This document shows positions 23,864 through 32,000 of a DNA stretch of 32,000 nucleotides, piece after piece. The stretch's first letter is position 1. Every line of letters begins with the position of its first letter. The translations under genes were made by a program, and so were the position numbers. The notes under the pieces were generated by a model. It searched no databases. It was not told the origin of the DNA and was given only the letters and a program-made list of their open reading frames with translations. Source of the DNA: Candidatus Nanopusillus sp. (GTDB lineage Archaea; Nanobdellota; Nanobdellia; Nanobdellales; Nanobdellaceae); NCBI GenBank assembly GCA_028275885.1, contig JAPWTW010000004.1, positions 46,992-78,991 on the forward strand, read 5' to 3'.

Positions 23864-24737
23864 AGATTTAAAAAAAGCTGCTGAAATTACAAAAAAAGTA
23901 AAAAGAGAAGCTGAGAAATTATTAAAACCTGGAGAAAGTATGTATAATATTGTAGAAACTATTGAACAAAAAATAATAGATCTGGGAGGATTTCCTGCAT
24001 TTCCAGTTAATATATCTATAAATAATATAGCAGCACATTATACACCAACAATAAATGATAATACAATATTAAAAGATGGAGATGTTGTAAAGGTTGATTT
24101 TGGTGTACATGTTAATGGATATTGTATAGATACAGCATTTACTGTAGAAATAAATGATAATAAGTATAAAGATCTTATTGAAGCTCCTAGAAAAGCATTA
24201 GAAAATGTTAAGAAAATAATAAGAAAAGATATTGAAATATCTGAAATTGGAAGAGTAATAGAAAATACTATCAGATCATATAATTATAGTCCGATATATA
24301 ATTTATCTGGTCATAAAATAGAACAATATGTTTTACATTCTGGAATTACAATACCAAATTATGATAATAAGTCAAAAATAAAATTATCTGAAGGGATATA
24401 TGCGATTGAACCTTTTGCTACAAATGGTGTTGGACTTGTAAAAGAGGACAAACCATCAGGAATATATTCAATAATTTCTACTAAACCAATTAGAGATCCA
24501 AATATTAAGAAATTCTTTCAAGAAATATATAATAAATATAAAACACTTCCTTTTTCATATAGATGGTTATATAAGGATTATAATAACAAAATAAACTTAA
24601 AATTATTTATAGAATATCTAAAAAAGAATGGAAATATTCATGAGTATCCAATATTAGTAGAACAATCTAATGGAATAGTAACTCAATTTGAAAAAACTTT
24701 TTATATTTATGATAGAGTTTATGACATGATGGATTAA
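23856..24737 (+). CDS. map: Methionine aminopeptidase, type 2 (archaeal).
   Basis: 293 aa with AAHYTP, DGDVVKVDFGVHVNGYCIDTAFTV, GHKIEQYVLHSG and IEPFAT metal-ligand context. Confidence 0.9.
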   Translation: MLEDLKKAAEITKKVKREAEKLLKPGESMYNIVETIEQKIIDLGGFPAFPVNISINNIAAHYTPTINDNTILKDGDVVKVDFGVHVNGYCIDTAFTVEINDNKYKDLIEAPRKALENVKKIIRKDIEISEIGRVIENTIRSYNYSPIYNLSGHKIEQYVLHSGITIPNYDNKSKIKLSEGIYAIEPFATNGVGLVKEDKPSGIYSIISTKPIRDPNIKKFFQEIYNKYKTLPFSYRWLYKDYNNKINLKLFIEYLKKNGNIHEYPILVEQSNGIVTQFEKTFYIYDRVYDMMD

Positions 24738-24801
24738 TATTTAGGGGATAATATATTATGGTCATGTTAAATTGACTTAAACAAATGTTAAAACAAAAGA
24801 T

Positions 24802-24809
24802 TTTTATAT
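24802..24809 (+). promoter_or_regulatory. TATA-box candidate for the histone gene.
   Basis: TTTTATAT is preceded by a purine-rich BRE-like AACAAAAGA. It is centred about 25 nt upstream of the ATG at 24831. Confidence 0.4.
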
Positions 24810-24830
24810 TAGTTAGTCAATAATATTATT

Positions 24831-25058
24831 ATGGCAAAGAGAACAACACCAATTCCAGTGGCACCACTATATAGAATATTAAGAAAGGCCGGTGCATCAA
24901 GGGTAGGACAGGATGCAAAATTAGCAATGGTAGAAGCAGTATTGCAAGTAGCAGAGGCAATATCTGCTAGAGCAGTAGAATTAGCAAAACACGCAGGAAG
25001 GAAAACTGTACACGAAGATGATATAAGGTTAGCAATTAGGGAACTTAGAGGCCTATAG
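24831..25058 (+). CDS. Archaeal histone (HMf-type histone fold).
   Basis: 75 aa. The pattern PVAPLYRILRKAGASRVGQDAKLAMVEAVLQVAEAISARAVELAKHAGRKTVHEDDIRLAIREL follows the HMfA/B pattern (AGA.RVS.DA...A..LA.HAGRKT....DI.LA). Confidence 0.93.
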   Translation: MAKRTTPIPVAPLYRILRKAGASRVGQDAKLAMVEAVLQVAEAISARAVELAKHAGRKTVHEDDIRLAIRELRGL

Positions 25059-25114
25059 AAATATATTTTTTAGGTCTTATTAATTTTTATAAAACATTGT
25101 TATAATATATTATA

Positions 25115-25732
25115 ATGGAAAATTTAGAAAGAAAACCGGTAGATTTTAAGAAAGAGAGACCACAATTGTTTAAAATGAAAGGTATTTCGGCAAAAACAGT
25201 GGAAGAACATTTGAAGATATATGAAGGATATGTAAAAAAATTTAATGAAATAACACAAAAGCTGAATAATTTAACAGATGAAGATTATAATGCAGCAAAT
25301 CCTACATATTCATCGATAAGAGAATTAAAAGTTGAATGGACTAGAGCATTTGGAGGAATGATTAATCATGAAATATATTTTAGCCACTTGGGTGGAGAAG
25401 GTGGAAAACCAGGATCATCATTGGGATCTCAAATAGATAAAGATTTTGGATCATTTGAAAAATTTGTTAAAGAAATGAAAGCAACTGCAATGGGTGCAAG
25501 AGGGTGGGCCTGGTTATTATGGTCTGATGATTTAAATAGATTGGTAATTAGTATATCTGATGAACAGAATACGTATGTGGTACAAAACTCAAAATTAATA
25601 TTAGCATTAGACGTATTTGAACATGCATATTATATAGATTATGGAAGTAATAGAAAAGGATATGTAGATATATTCTTTGATAATATAGATTGGCCAGTGG
25701 TGGAAAAAAGATTTGAGGCATTGAAAGTATAA
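25115..25732 (+). CDS. sod: Fe/Mn superoxide dismutase family protein (divergent N-terminal domain).
   Basis: 205 aa. Candidate metal ligands are conserved: H in VEEHL, H in INHEIYF, and D and H in LDVFEHAYYIDY. The canonical HH.KHH helix is replaced by EEHLKIYEGYV. Confidence 0.8.
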   Translation: MENLERKPVDFKKERPQLFKMKGISAKTVEEHLKIYEGYVKKFNEITQKLNNLTDEDYNAANPTYSSIRELKVEWTRAFGGMINHEIYFSHLGGEGGKPGSSLGSQIDKDFGSFEKFVKEMKATAMGARGWAWLLWSDDLNRLVISISDEQNTYVVQNSKLILALDVFEHAYYIDYGSNRKGYVDIFFDNIDWPVVEKRFEALKV

Positions 25733-25743
25733 TTTTTTGAAAA

Positions 25744-26247
25744 TTACTTATTAATCAACAAATTATTTTCATATTCCAGCAATTTTCTTTTAAATTCAAT
25801 CCCTAAAGGTGTATAACCAGAAATATTATCTTCTTTAACAATCCTATGACATGGAATTAAAATAATAAATGGGTTATTTTTTATAGCATTCAATATCTGT
25901 AACATATTATATTTTTTATTTAGACTATTATATAATTCTTTATATGTTATAGTTTTTCCAAAAGGTATTTCTAATATTTTTTCATATATATCTTTATATC
26001 TATATCTACTTAAATCTAATTTAAGTGTTTCTTTATTATTTAATACTTTATTTATCTTTTCTTGAAAAAATTTATCTATATTTTCATCAAAAATAAGATC
26101 TCCATTCAAATTATGAAATTTAGCAATTCTTACTAAATTTTTTATTAGAATATCTTTATCATTATGTAAGGAATAAGCAACAATTTTTCCATCTAACATT
26201 ATATATCCGGAATATAGTTCGTAATCAAGTATTTTTATCATCATCAA
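25744..26247 (-). CDS. ogt: Methylated-DNA--protein-cysteine methyltransferase (Ogt/MGMT).
   Basis: 167 aa with the active-site motif IPCHRIV and preceding FGKTITYKELY. Confidence 0.88.
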   Translation of the reverse strand: MMMIKILDYELYSGYIMLDGKIVAYSLHNDKDILIKNLVRIAKFHNLNGDLIFDENIDKFFQEKINKVLNNKETLKLDLSRYRYKDIYEKILEIPFGKTITYKELYNSLNKKYNMLQILNAIKNNPFIILIPCHRIVKEDNISGYTPLGIEFKRKLLEYENNLLINK

Positions 26248-26354
26248 ATATTGTAAGAAAAATTTATATTATCCGAGAATTTATAACTAAAATATGGCCT
26301 GTGGTAGAAAATCTTCAAATAAAAGCAAAAATGAAAAGAAGTAGATAGTTAAAT

Positions 26355-26804
26355 TTAGAGGCCTCTGTTGTGTAATTCTTTAATTTTTTCTAGAGCTCTA
26401 TCAGCATGTTCTTCAGCATTTTTTAATGATTTTAATGTTTCAACAATTTTTAAATTTTTATCTATTATAAAAGTAATTCTACTTGCTCCTTTTCCTCTAC
26501 TACTTTTTGCATTAAATAGGTTTATTATCTTTAATTCGGGATCAGCAATCAAAGGAAATTTTGCACCATATTTTTCAGCAAATTTTTCCTGTGTATCCAA
26601 TTTATCATTACTTACACCAATTATTTCTGTATTATATTTTTTAAATTCTTCATATAATTCTACAAACCTCTTTAATTCTTGTGTACATCCGCTAGTAAAT
26701 GCTTTCGGATAAAAATATAAAACTACAAAATCTTTTTCCTTTAATATATTGCTTAACTTTATTTTTCCAATCGTACTTTCAGCTTCAAAATCTATAGAGC
26801 CCAT
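26355..26804 (-). CDS. bcp: Thiol peroxidase, Bcp/PrxQ-type peroxiredoxin (single Cys).
   Basis: 149 aa with VVLYFYPKAFTSGCTQEL and GVSNDKLDTQEKFAEKY. Confidence 0.88.
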   Translation of the reverse strand: MGSIDFEAESTIGKIKLSNILKEKDFVVLYFYPKAFTSGCTQELKRFVELYEEFKKYNTEIIGVSNDKLDTQEKFAEKYGAKFPLIADPELKIINLFNAKSSRGKGASRITFIIDKNLKIVETLKSLKNAEEHADRALEKIKELHNRGL

Positions 26805-26855
26805 ATATTATGATAAATAAAAAACTTTATAATTATTATATTAAATTAGTTATTA

Positions 26856-27296
26856 ATGGTACGAAAATCGTACATAGACGATATTGACAATAAAATAATT
26901 AAGATATTATTAAATAATTCTCGTATATCAAATACAAAAATAGCAAGATTATTAAATATATCAGAAGCTTCTGTTAGAAAAAGAATTAAAAAGATAATGG
27001 AAATTGGTATAATAAAAAAATTCACAGTAGAATTAAATTATAACTTATTAGGATATAAAAGAGTATTTATAGGATTGAACATAGATAAAGATAAGATATT
27101 TAATATATTAGAAAAAATATCTAAGAATAAAAATATAAATAATATATATTTAACTGGGGGAGATCATGATGTATTAATAGATTTTTTATATTCTAAACCA
27201 GAAGAACTCGATGAATATATAAAATATTTACAAAGTATTGAAGGTATTAAATCTGTATGGCCGACAATTGTAATAGATTATTATCAATCACGATAA
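26856..27296 (+). CDS. lrp: Lrp/AsnC-family transcriptional regulator.
   Basis: 146 aa. The HTH region reads DDIDNKIIKILLNNSRISNTKIARLLNISEASVRKRIKKIMEIGIIKKFTV. A RAM-like C-terminal domain follows. Confidence 0.88.
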   Translation: MVRKSYIDDIDNKIIKILLNNSRISNTKIARLLNISEASVRKRIKKIMEIGIIKKFTVELNYNLLGYKRVFIGLNIDKDKIFNILEKISKNKNINNIYLTGGDHDVLIDFLYSKPEELDEYIKYLQSIEGIKSVWPTIVIDYYQSR

Positions 27297-27347
27297 ACTA
27301 GATACGAATTTTAACCCTTATAAAAATAATATATAACTATATTTTTT

Positions 27348-28043
27348 ATGGAGGAAGAAAAAAATAACGGAATTCCAAGAATAGGTAGTAGATTTCCAGA
27401 AGTAGAAGTACATACAACACACGGAAAAATAAAATTGCCAGATTACTATAAAGGAAAGTGGTTTATATTATTTAGCCATCCAGCAGATTTTACACCAGTA
27501 TGTACAACAGAATTTGTAGAATTTGCAAGAATGTATCCAAAGTTTAAAGAAATTGGAGTAGAATTAATAGGATTATCTATAGATCAAGTATATTCTCATA
27601 TAAAGTGGGTTGAATGGATAAAAGAAAAGGCAAAAATAGAAATTCCATTCCCAATAATTGCAGATGATTTAGGTAAATTAGCATCTATGTTGGGTATGTT
27701 ACCAGTAAATGGAGGTACAAATACTGTAAGGGCTGTATTTGTTGTAGATCCAGAAGGAATTATAAGGGCAATATTATATTATCCAAAAGAAGTTGGAAGG
27801 AATATTACAGAAATATATAGATTGGTATATGCATTACAAGTATCGGATAAAGAAAAAGTTGCATTACCAGCAAATTGGTATGTAGATAAATTAGAATGGA
27901 AATCATCTAGTTTAATTGGAAATAAAGTAATAATACCACCAGCAAGTACAATTGAAAAAATGAAAGAAATAGAAGAGAAAGCTAAGAAGAAAGAAATAGA
28001 AATGTTAGATTGGTGGTTTGCTTATAAAGAGCTAAAGAAGTAA
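27348..28043 (+). CDS. Peroxiredoxin, Prx6-like 1-Cys type.
   Basis: 231 aa with [19 protein letters not shown]. Only one Cys is present in the protein, and it has no C-terminal resolving Cys pair. Confidence 0.9.
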   Translation: MEEEKNNGIPRIGSRFPEVEVHTTHGKIKLPDYYKGKWFILFSHPADFTPVCTTEFVEFARMYPKFKEIGVELIGLSIDQVYSHIKWVEWIKEKAKIEIPFPIIADDLGKLASMLGMLPVNGGTNTVRAVFVVDPEGIIRAILYYPKEVGRNITEIYRLVYALQVSDKEKVALPANWYVDKLEWKSSSLIGNKVIIPPASTIEKMKEIEEKAKKKEIEMLDWWFAYKELKK

Positions 28044-28060
28044 TATTTTTCAATATTTTC

Positions 28061-28750
28061 TTATATATCAACTGCTTCTCCAGGATTTAATATTATTACA
28101 TTTGTGTTTTTGGCTTTTTCTTTTAAAATTTTTGGATCTGTTTCAATAGCATAGAATGTATTATAGTGCATTGGTATAACATTTTTTGGCTTTAGATATT
28201 CAATTGCAATTAAAGCCTGATTAATATCCATTGTATAATGTCCTCCAATTGGTAATAAAGCTAAATCAATATCCCCAACAATTTTTGGTATTAATTTCAT
28301 ATCTTCAAATACCATAGTATCACCAGCATGATATATTATTCTATCATCAACCTTTATTACAAAGCTACCAGGATTTCCTAACCATAATATATTATCTTTC
28401 TCATCGATTATGCTTGAAGTATGCACTGCAGGGAATAAATATATTTCTATATTATTATGAACTGTTCTACCACCAAAATTTAGTCCAATTGCTTTTATTC
28501 CAAATTTTTCTAAGTATTTAGCTATTTCAAAGACAGAAATTACTTTTACATCTTTATTTTCAGCTAATTCTATTGTATCGCCTAAATGATCAAAATGAGC
28601 ATGTGTCACTAATATAATATCTATATCTTCTAAATCAGATTCATCATATTTTGCTTTTGGGTTTTGTTTAATAAATGGATCTACTAATATATTTCCATAT
28701 GTACTCCTAATTAAAAAACATGCATGTCCTATCCATTTTACATATACCAT
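28061..28750 (-). CDS. Metallo-beta-lactamase-fold metal-dependent hydrolase (UPF0173-like).
   Basis: 229 aa with KWIGHACFLI, LVDPF and LVTHAHFDHLGD. Confidence 0.85.
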   Translation of the reverse strand: MVYVKWIGHACFLIRSTYGNILVDPFIKQNPKAKYDESDLEDIDIILVTHAHFDHLGDTIELAENKDVKVISVFEIAKYLEKFGIKAIGLNFGGRTVHNNIEIYLFPAVHTSSIIDEKDNILWLGNPGSFVIKVDDRIIYHAGDTMVFEDMKLIPKIVGDIDLALLPIGGHYTMDINQALIAIEYLKPKNVIPMHYNTFYAIETDPKILKEKAKNTNVIILNPGEAVDI

Positions 28751-28792
28751 AAAATAAATATATTTATTATATTTTAGAATATTTTTTATAAT

Positions 28793-30100
28793 ATGTCCAT
28801 AATTTCCTATATAATATTAATAATAATATTTATAGAACTGTTAATGTCAATATATACTTTATTATTTTTGTTATCCTACGATAAAGAAGAAATTAATTAT
28901 GAAATTAAAGATTATCCGAGAGTATCAATAATTGTACCAGCATATAACGAAGGTAAAAATATAAAAAATACATTGGAAAGATTAATAGATTTGGAATATC
29001 CAAAAGATAAATTGGAAATAATTGTTGTAGATGATGGATCAAAAGATAATACATATGAAATAGCAAAAGAATATGAAGAAAAGTATGGTTTTGTAAAGGT
29101 ATATAAAAAGGAAAATGGTGGAAAATCTTCAGCATTAAATTATGGAATAAAGAGATCTAGTGGAGAAATAATTGTTACATTAGATGCAGATTCTATTCCA
29201 GAAAAGGATTCTTTAATAAAAATGTTAAAATATATGTATTATTATAATGCAGATATTGTTGTTCCAGCAATTCAAACAATTAATACAAAAAAATTAATTG
29301 AAAAGTATCAATATATTGATTATATTATACATAATTTCTCTGGTATTGTTGTCGATACAATGAATTCTGTATTTATAGCATCAGGCCCATTTTCTATATT
29401 TAAAAGATCTGTATTTGAAAAAATTGGATTATTTGATGAAAAAAATATAAGTGAAGATATGGAAATTGCATTAAGAGCTCAAAAAAATAATTTTAAAATA
29501 AAATTTTGTCCTGAGGTTATTATAAAAACAGTTCCTCCAGATAATTTTAAATCATTATTAAAGCAAAGGGTAAGGTGGGCGCTTGGATTTATTGATAATT
29601 ATATGAAATATAGAGATATAGAAAATATATATTTGAGAGAAGTTGTTTTTGGCATTAATATAATTTTATATATTTTAATACCATTAGCATTTTCAGTAAT
29701 ATTATATACATATGGATATCAGTTATATAACTTTCTAATATATTTATCTTCTATAAATTATGATATATCATATCTTATAAAAAATTCCTTTTCTTTTAAT
29801 ATTAATACATATATCTTTCAATTATTATCCACATCTCAATTAATTTTAATGATATTTTCAATTATTTTATTAGTAGATTTCTTTCTTTTTATTAGTATAT
29901 ATAGAAGATATGATAAATCAAAATCTTGGTTATCAATAATTTATTATTCGATTATATATCTATTTTTTTCAATATACTTTAATGCAATTTTTATAATTGT
30001 AGCAATATACTATAAACTATTTGGTAAAAATCTAAGATGGGGCGGGATTGTATGGAATAATAGTTTAATAAATAAACTGTTAAATAAAAAATATGGATAA
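28793..30100 (+). CDS. Membrane-embedded family-2 glycosyltransferase, processive synthase type (PgaC/IcaA/NodC/chitin-synthase-like).
   Basis: 435 aa with an N-terminal TM helix. Catalytic motifs are VSIIVPAYNE, IIVVDDGSKDNT, LDADS and the processivity motif QRVRW. A cluster of C-terminal TM helices follows. Confidence 0.8.
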   Translation: MSIISYIILIIIFIELLMSIYTLLFLLSYDKEEINYEIKDYPRVSIIVPAYNEGKNIKNTLERLIDLEYPKDKLEIIVVDDGSKDNTYEIAKEYEEKYGFVKVYKKENGGKSSALNYGIKRSSGEIIVTLDADSIPEKDSLIKMLKYMYYYNADIVVPAIQTINTKKLIEKYQYIDYIIHNFSGIVVDTMNSVFIASGPFSIFKRSVFEKIGLFDEKNISEDMEIALRAQKNNFKIKFCPEVIIKTVPPDNFKSLLKQRVRWALGFIDNYMKYRDIENIYLREVVFGINIILYILIPLAFSVILYTYGYQLYNFLIYLSSINYDISYLIKNSFSFNINTYIFQLLSTSQLILMIFSIILLVDFFLFISIYRRYDKSKSWLSIIYYSIIYLFFSIYFNAIFIIVAIYYKLFGKNLRWGGIVWNNSLINKLLNKKYG

Positions 30101-30752
30101 GCCTAAGAACATAATAACAATATCGGTAATAATATCCGTACTATCCTTCTTCTTAGGAATAATTTTAGGCTATTTATTATATCAATATTCATTCCAACAG
30201 AGTATATTAAAAATTAATGAAATAAATTCTTTGGTAATTTCAGCTCAATATTTGGCAAATTCTCAAAGTTTAGAATGTAGTGATAGTTATTTATCTTTTT
30301 TAGAATATCTAAAATCGCGAATTGCCCAGGTTGGACAGGAATTAACATATTTAGAATCAAAGGAAAATATATACTACAATGAAGGAGAAGTAAAATATTT
30401 AAAATCCCAATATTTTAATATGCAATATTTGCATTATTTATTAACTAAAAAATATATAGAAGATTGCAATGTAACAAATTTCACATTGATTTTATATTTC
30501 TATAATAATCAATATTGTGGTAATAAATGTGCTATGGAGGGGGATATTTTAACTTATCTATATGTACAAAATAAAAATAGTTTGTATATATATTCATTTG
30601 ATTCAAGTTATCCAAATTATTTTATAAGTTATTATAATTTAAATTATAATATTACGACATGGCCATTTATTATTATATATAAACGTAATGAAACATACAC
30701 AATTAGAGGATTTGCAAGTTTAGATGAATTAAAAAGTTATTTAACAAAATAA
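30093..30752 (+). CDS. N-terminally anchored extracytoplasmic protein with 4 Cys. Possible thioredoxin-like fold (hypothetical).
   Basis: 219 aa with the TM helix IITISVIISVLSFFLGIILGYLLY. LILYFYNNQYCGNKC (C-x3-C after a beta-strand-like segment) and a later TWPFIIIY...G...ELKSYL are reminiscent of a Trx fold. The start overlaps the GT2 stop by 8 nt. Confidence 0.45.
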   Translation: MDKPKNIITISVIISVLSFFLGIILGYLLYQYSFQQSILKINEINSLVISAQYLANSQSLECSDSYLSFLEYLKSRIAQVGQELTYLESKENIYYNEGEVKYLKSQYFNMQYLHYLLTKKYIEDCNVTNFTLILYFYNNQYCGNKCAMEGDILTYLYVQNKNSLYIYSFDSSYPNYFISYYNLNYNITTWPFIIIYKRNETYTIRGFASLDELKSYLTK

Positions 30753-32000
30753 TCATTTACTCTATAAACATATATTTGACAACCATTTGGATCTATATAA
30801 TAATATATTAATGATATATTATAATCATTCGGATTAAATGGGAAAGGTACTCCACAATTTGGGGAATATACAATAAATTGTGGATAGACTCTTGGAATTA
30901 AATATGTGGCATTATACATTATATAAACTTGGGAATTTGTATAATATGCAATCATTGGCCAATTATCATTTGTTAATATCACTTCTGGATTATATTGTTT
31001 TAAATAATCTGAAGCTCTGTATATATAATTTAAATATGTGTTTCCAAGATTTGTATTATAATTTATTAGAAATATTATACCGTAATACATTGATACAATA
31101 TTTAATATAGAAAATAGGAATAAATATGGAAATTGTAAACCCTTTATTTTATTAATAAATATTCTAGTTAATATTAAAAATGGAGGTAATATCATTAAAA
31201 TATATCTTGGATCCTTTGACTTAACAAAAAATGCAAGAAATATTATTGATAATATTATATATAAATATATAGATTTATTATAGTTTTCAATCTTCTTTGG
31301 ATTTTGTAATAAAGAAAATAAATATGCAGAGGAAAATATAAGCAAATTAGATAAAAATAATGAAAAGGACTGATAAGATGTATATTTATAAACAACTTCA
31401 GTCTGTTTAATAAATATAAATATTGGATTATTGTATAATATTAAATTATATAAAAAGTATGGAATTAAAAATAGTAAAGAATATAATATTGTCTTTAATT
31501 TATCCTTATTCTTCAAAAAAATTATTGAAGAAATTAACCATAAACCATATTCATATTTTGAAAGAGTTGATAAAACTGAAAATAATGAATATGAAACTAA
31601 GTTCTTTTCTTTACTATCTTTAAAATATTTTATGTAGAAATATATGGAAAATACTAATAAAGAAGATGCTAAAATGTCTGGATAAATCCTTGATGCCCAA
31701 ATTAGAAATAAACCATTCAATGAATAAAATAAAATCAAAATATAGTTTATATATTCATTATCATATTCTTCTAATATTTTGTATAAAACTACTACAGATA
31801 AAGAAAAAACAAAAATTAAAAATAATTTTATAAAAAATATATTGAAATTTGTAATATAAGAAATTGGGATTAGCATCCACCACAATAATGGAAATCTATA
31901 ATATTCAAAATATGGTGTATTTAATAATACACGCTTTACATTGTTTAAATATGAATATTCATCCCAAAACAATATTGGTGGGGATAATAATAAAATAATT
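30737..32000 (-). CDS. GT-C fold polytopic glycosyltransferase, PMT/ArnT-like (COG1807-like). The 5' end probably lies beyond the window.
   Basis: It has at least 411 aa and many TM helices. The loop motif FWDEYSY (a DE motif after the first helix) is typical of the ArnT/PMT family. The track start at 31972 is a TTG codon. The frame stays open to position 32000 (...IILLLSPPI-L-FWDEY), so the true start is likely upstream. Confidence 0.55.
   Translation of the reverse strand, partial: IILLLSPPILFWDEYSYLNNVKRVLLNTPYFEYYRFPLLWWMLIPISYITNFNIFFIKLFLIFVFSLSVVVLYKILEEYDNEYINYILILFYSLNGLFLIWASRIYPDILASSLLVFSIYFYIKYFKDSKEKNLVSYSLFSVLSTLSKYEYGLWLISSIIFLKNKDKLKTILYSLLFLIPYFLYNLILYNNPIFIFIKQTEVVYKYTSYQSFSLFLSNLLIFSSAYLFSLLQNPKKIENYNKSIYLYIILSIIFLAFFVKSKDPRYILMILPPFLILTRIFINKIKGLQFPYLFLFSILNIVSMYYGIIFLINYNTNLGNTYLNYIYRASDYLKQYNPEVILTNDNWPMIAYYTNSQVYIMYNATYLIPRVYPQFIVYSPNCGVPFPFNPNDYNISLIYYYIDPNGCQIYVYRVNDYFVK

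Noticed and set aside
26294-26344. A mini-ORF on the + strand (MACGRKSSNKSKNEKK*) in the ogt-bcp spacer, slightly GC-enriched.
   Set aside because: It is only 16 codons long with no promoter spacing or coupling. It lies in the region expected to hold the bcp terminator and the ogt promoter on the opposite strand. The evidence is insufficient.
1-32000. A scan for CRISPR arrays, rRNA genes, IS elements or long repeats, and the many oligo-T runs considered as terminators.
   Set aside because: I saw no regularly spaced direct repeats, no rRNA-like GC-rich stretches and no transposase-like ORFs. Oligo-T runs are so frequent in this AT-rich sequence that individual terminator calls cannot be supported without transcript data.

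Overview
This window is an extremely A+T-rich (by eye about three quarters A/T), very gene-dense archaeal chromosome segment. Many genes abut or overlap by 1-50 nt. TATA-like boxes sit about 25 nt upstream of several start codons, which suggests leaderless mRNAs. The core is the archaeal transcription/translation 'super-operon': rpoH, a split rpoB (B'' then B'), rpoA', rpoA'', eL30, uS12 and uS7. A second block carries uL11, uL1 and uL10(P0), placed divergently from secE-spt5. Other housekeeping genes are ftsZ, an FKBP-type PPIase, tRNA-Lys(CUU), DUF72, truA, a type-2 MetAP, an archaeal histone, PdaD and XerA. An antioxidant/repair group holds an Fe/Mn-SOD-like protein, Ogt, Bcp, an Lrp regulator and a 1-Cys peroxiredoxin. 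The compaction, split rpoB, histone and FtsZ fit a reduced-genome archaeon, possibly DPANN/Nanoarchaeota-like. That taxonomic guess is inference only. Four regions are not explained by housekeeping. (1) Positions 1-4074 (- strand) hold a translationally coupled operon: a 12-Cys protein with a pilin-like N-terminus, a Cys-free FlaJ/TadC-like platform protein, and at least four small N-terminally anchored paralogs with even cysteine counts. No secretion ATPase or prepilin peptidase is present in the window. (2) Positions 16474-16581 hold a GC-rich intergenic RNA locus that reads as an H/ACA-like pocket hairpin fused to a full C/D-box sRNA. It lies between xerA and an orphan AbiEii-like nucleotidyltransferase, where the P1/L12 stalk gene would normally follow a C-terminally truncated P0. 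(3) The eL30-uS12-uS7 cluster is remodelled: NusA is absent and a polytopic membrane protein with its own promoter is inserted. (4) Positions 28793-32000 hold a processive QxxRW GT2 synthase, a coupled Cys-containing anchored protein, and a convergent GT-C glycosyltransferase.
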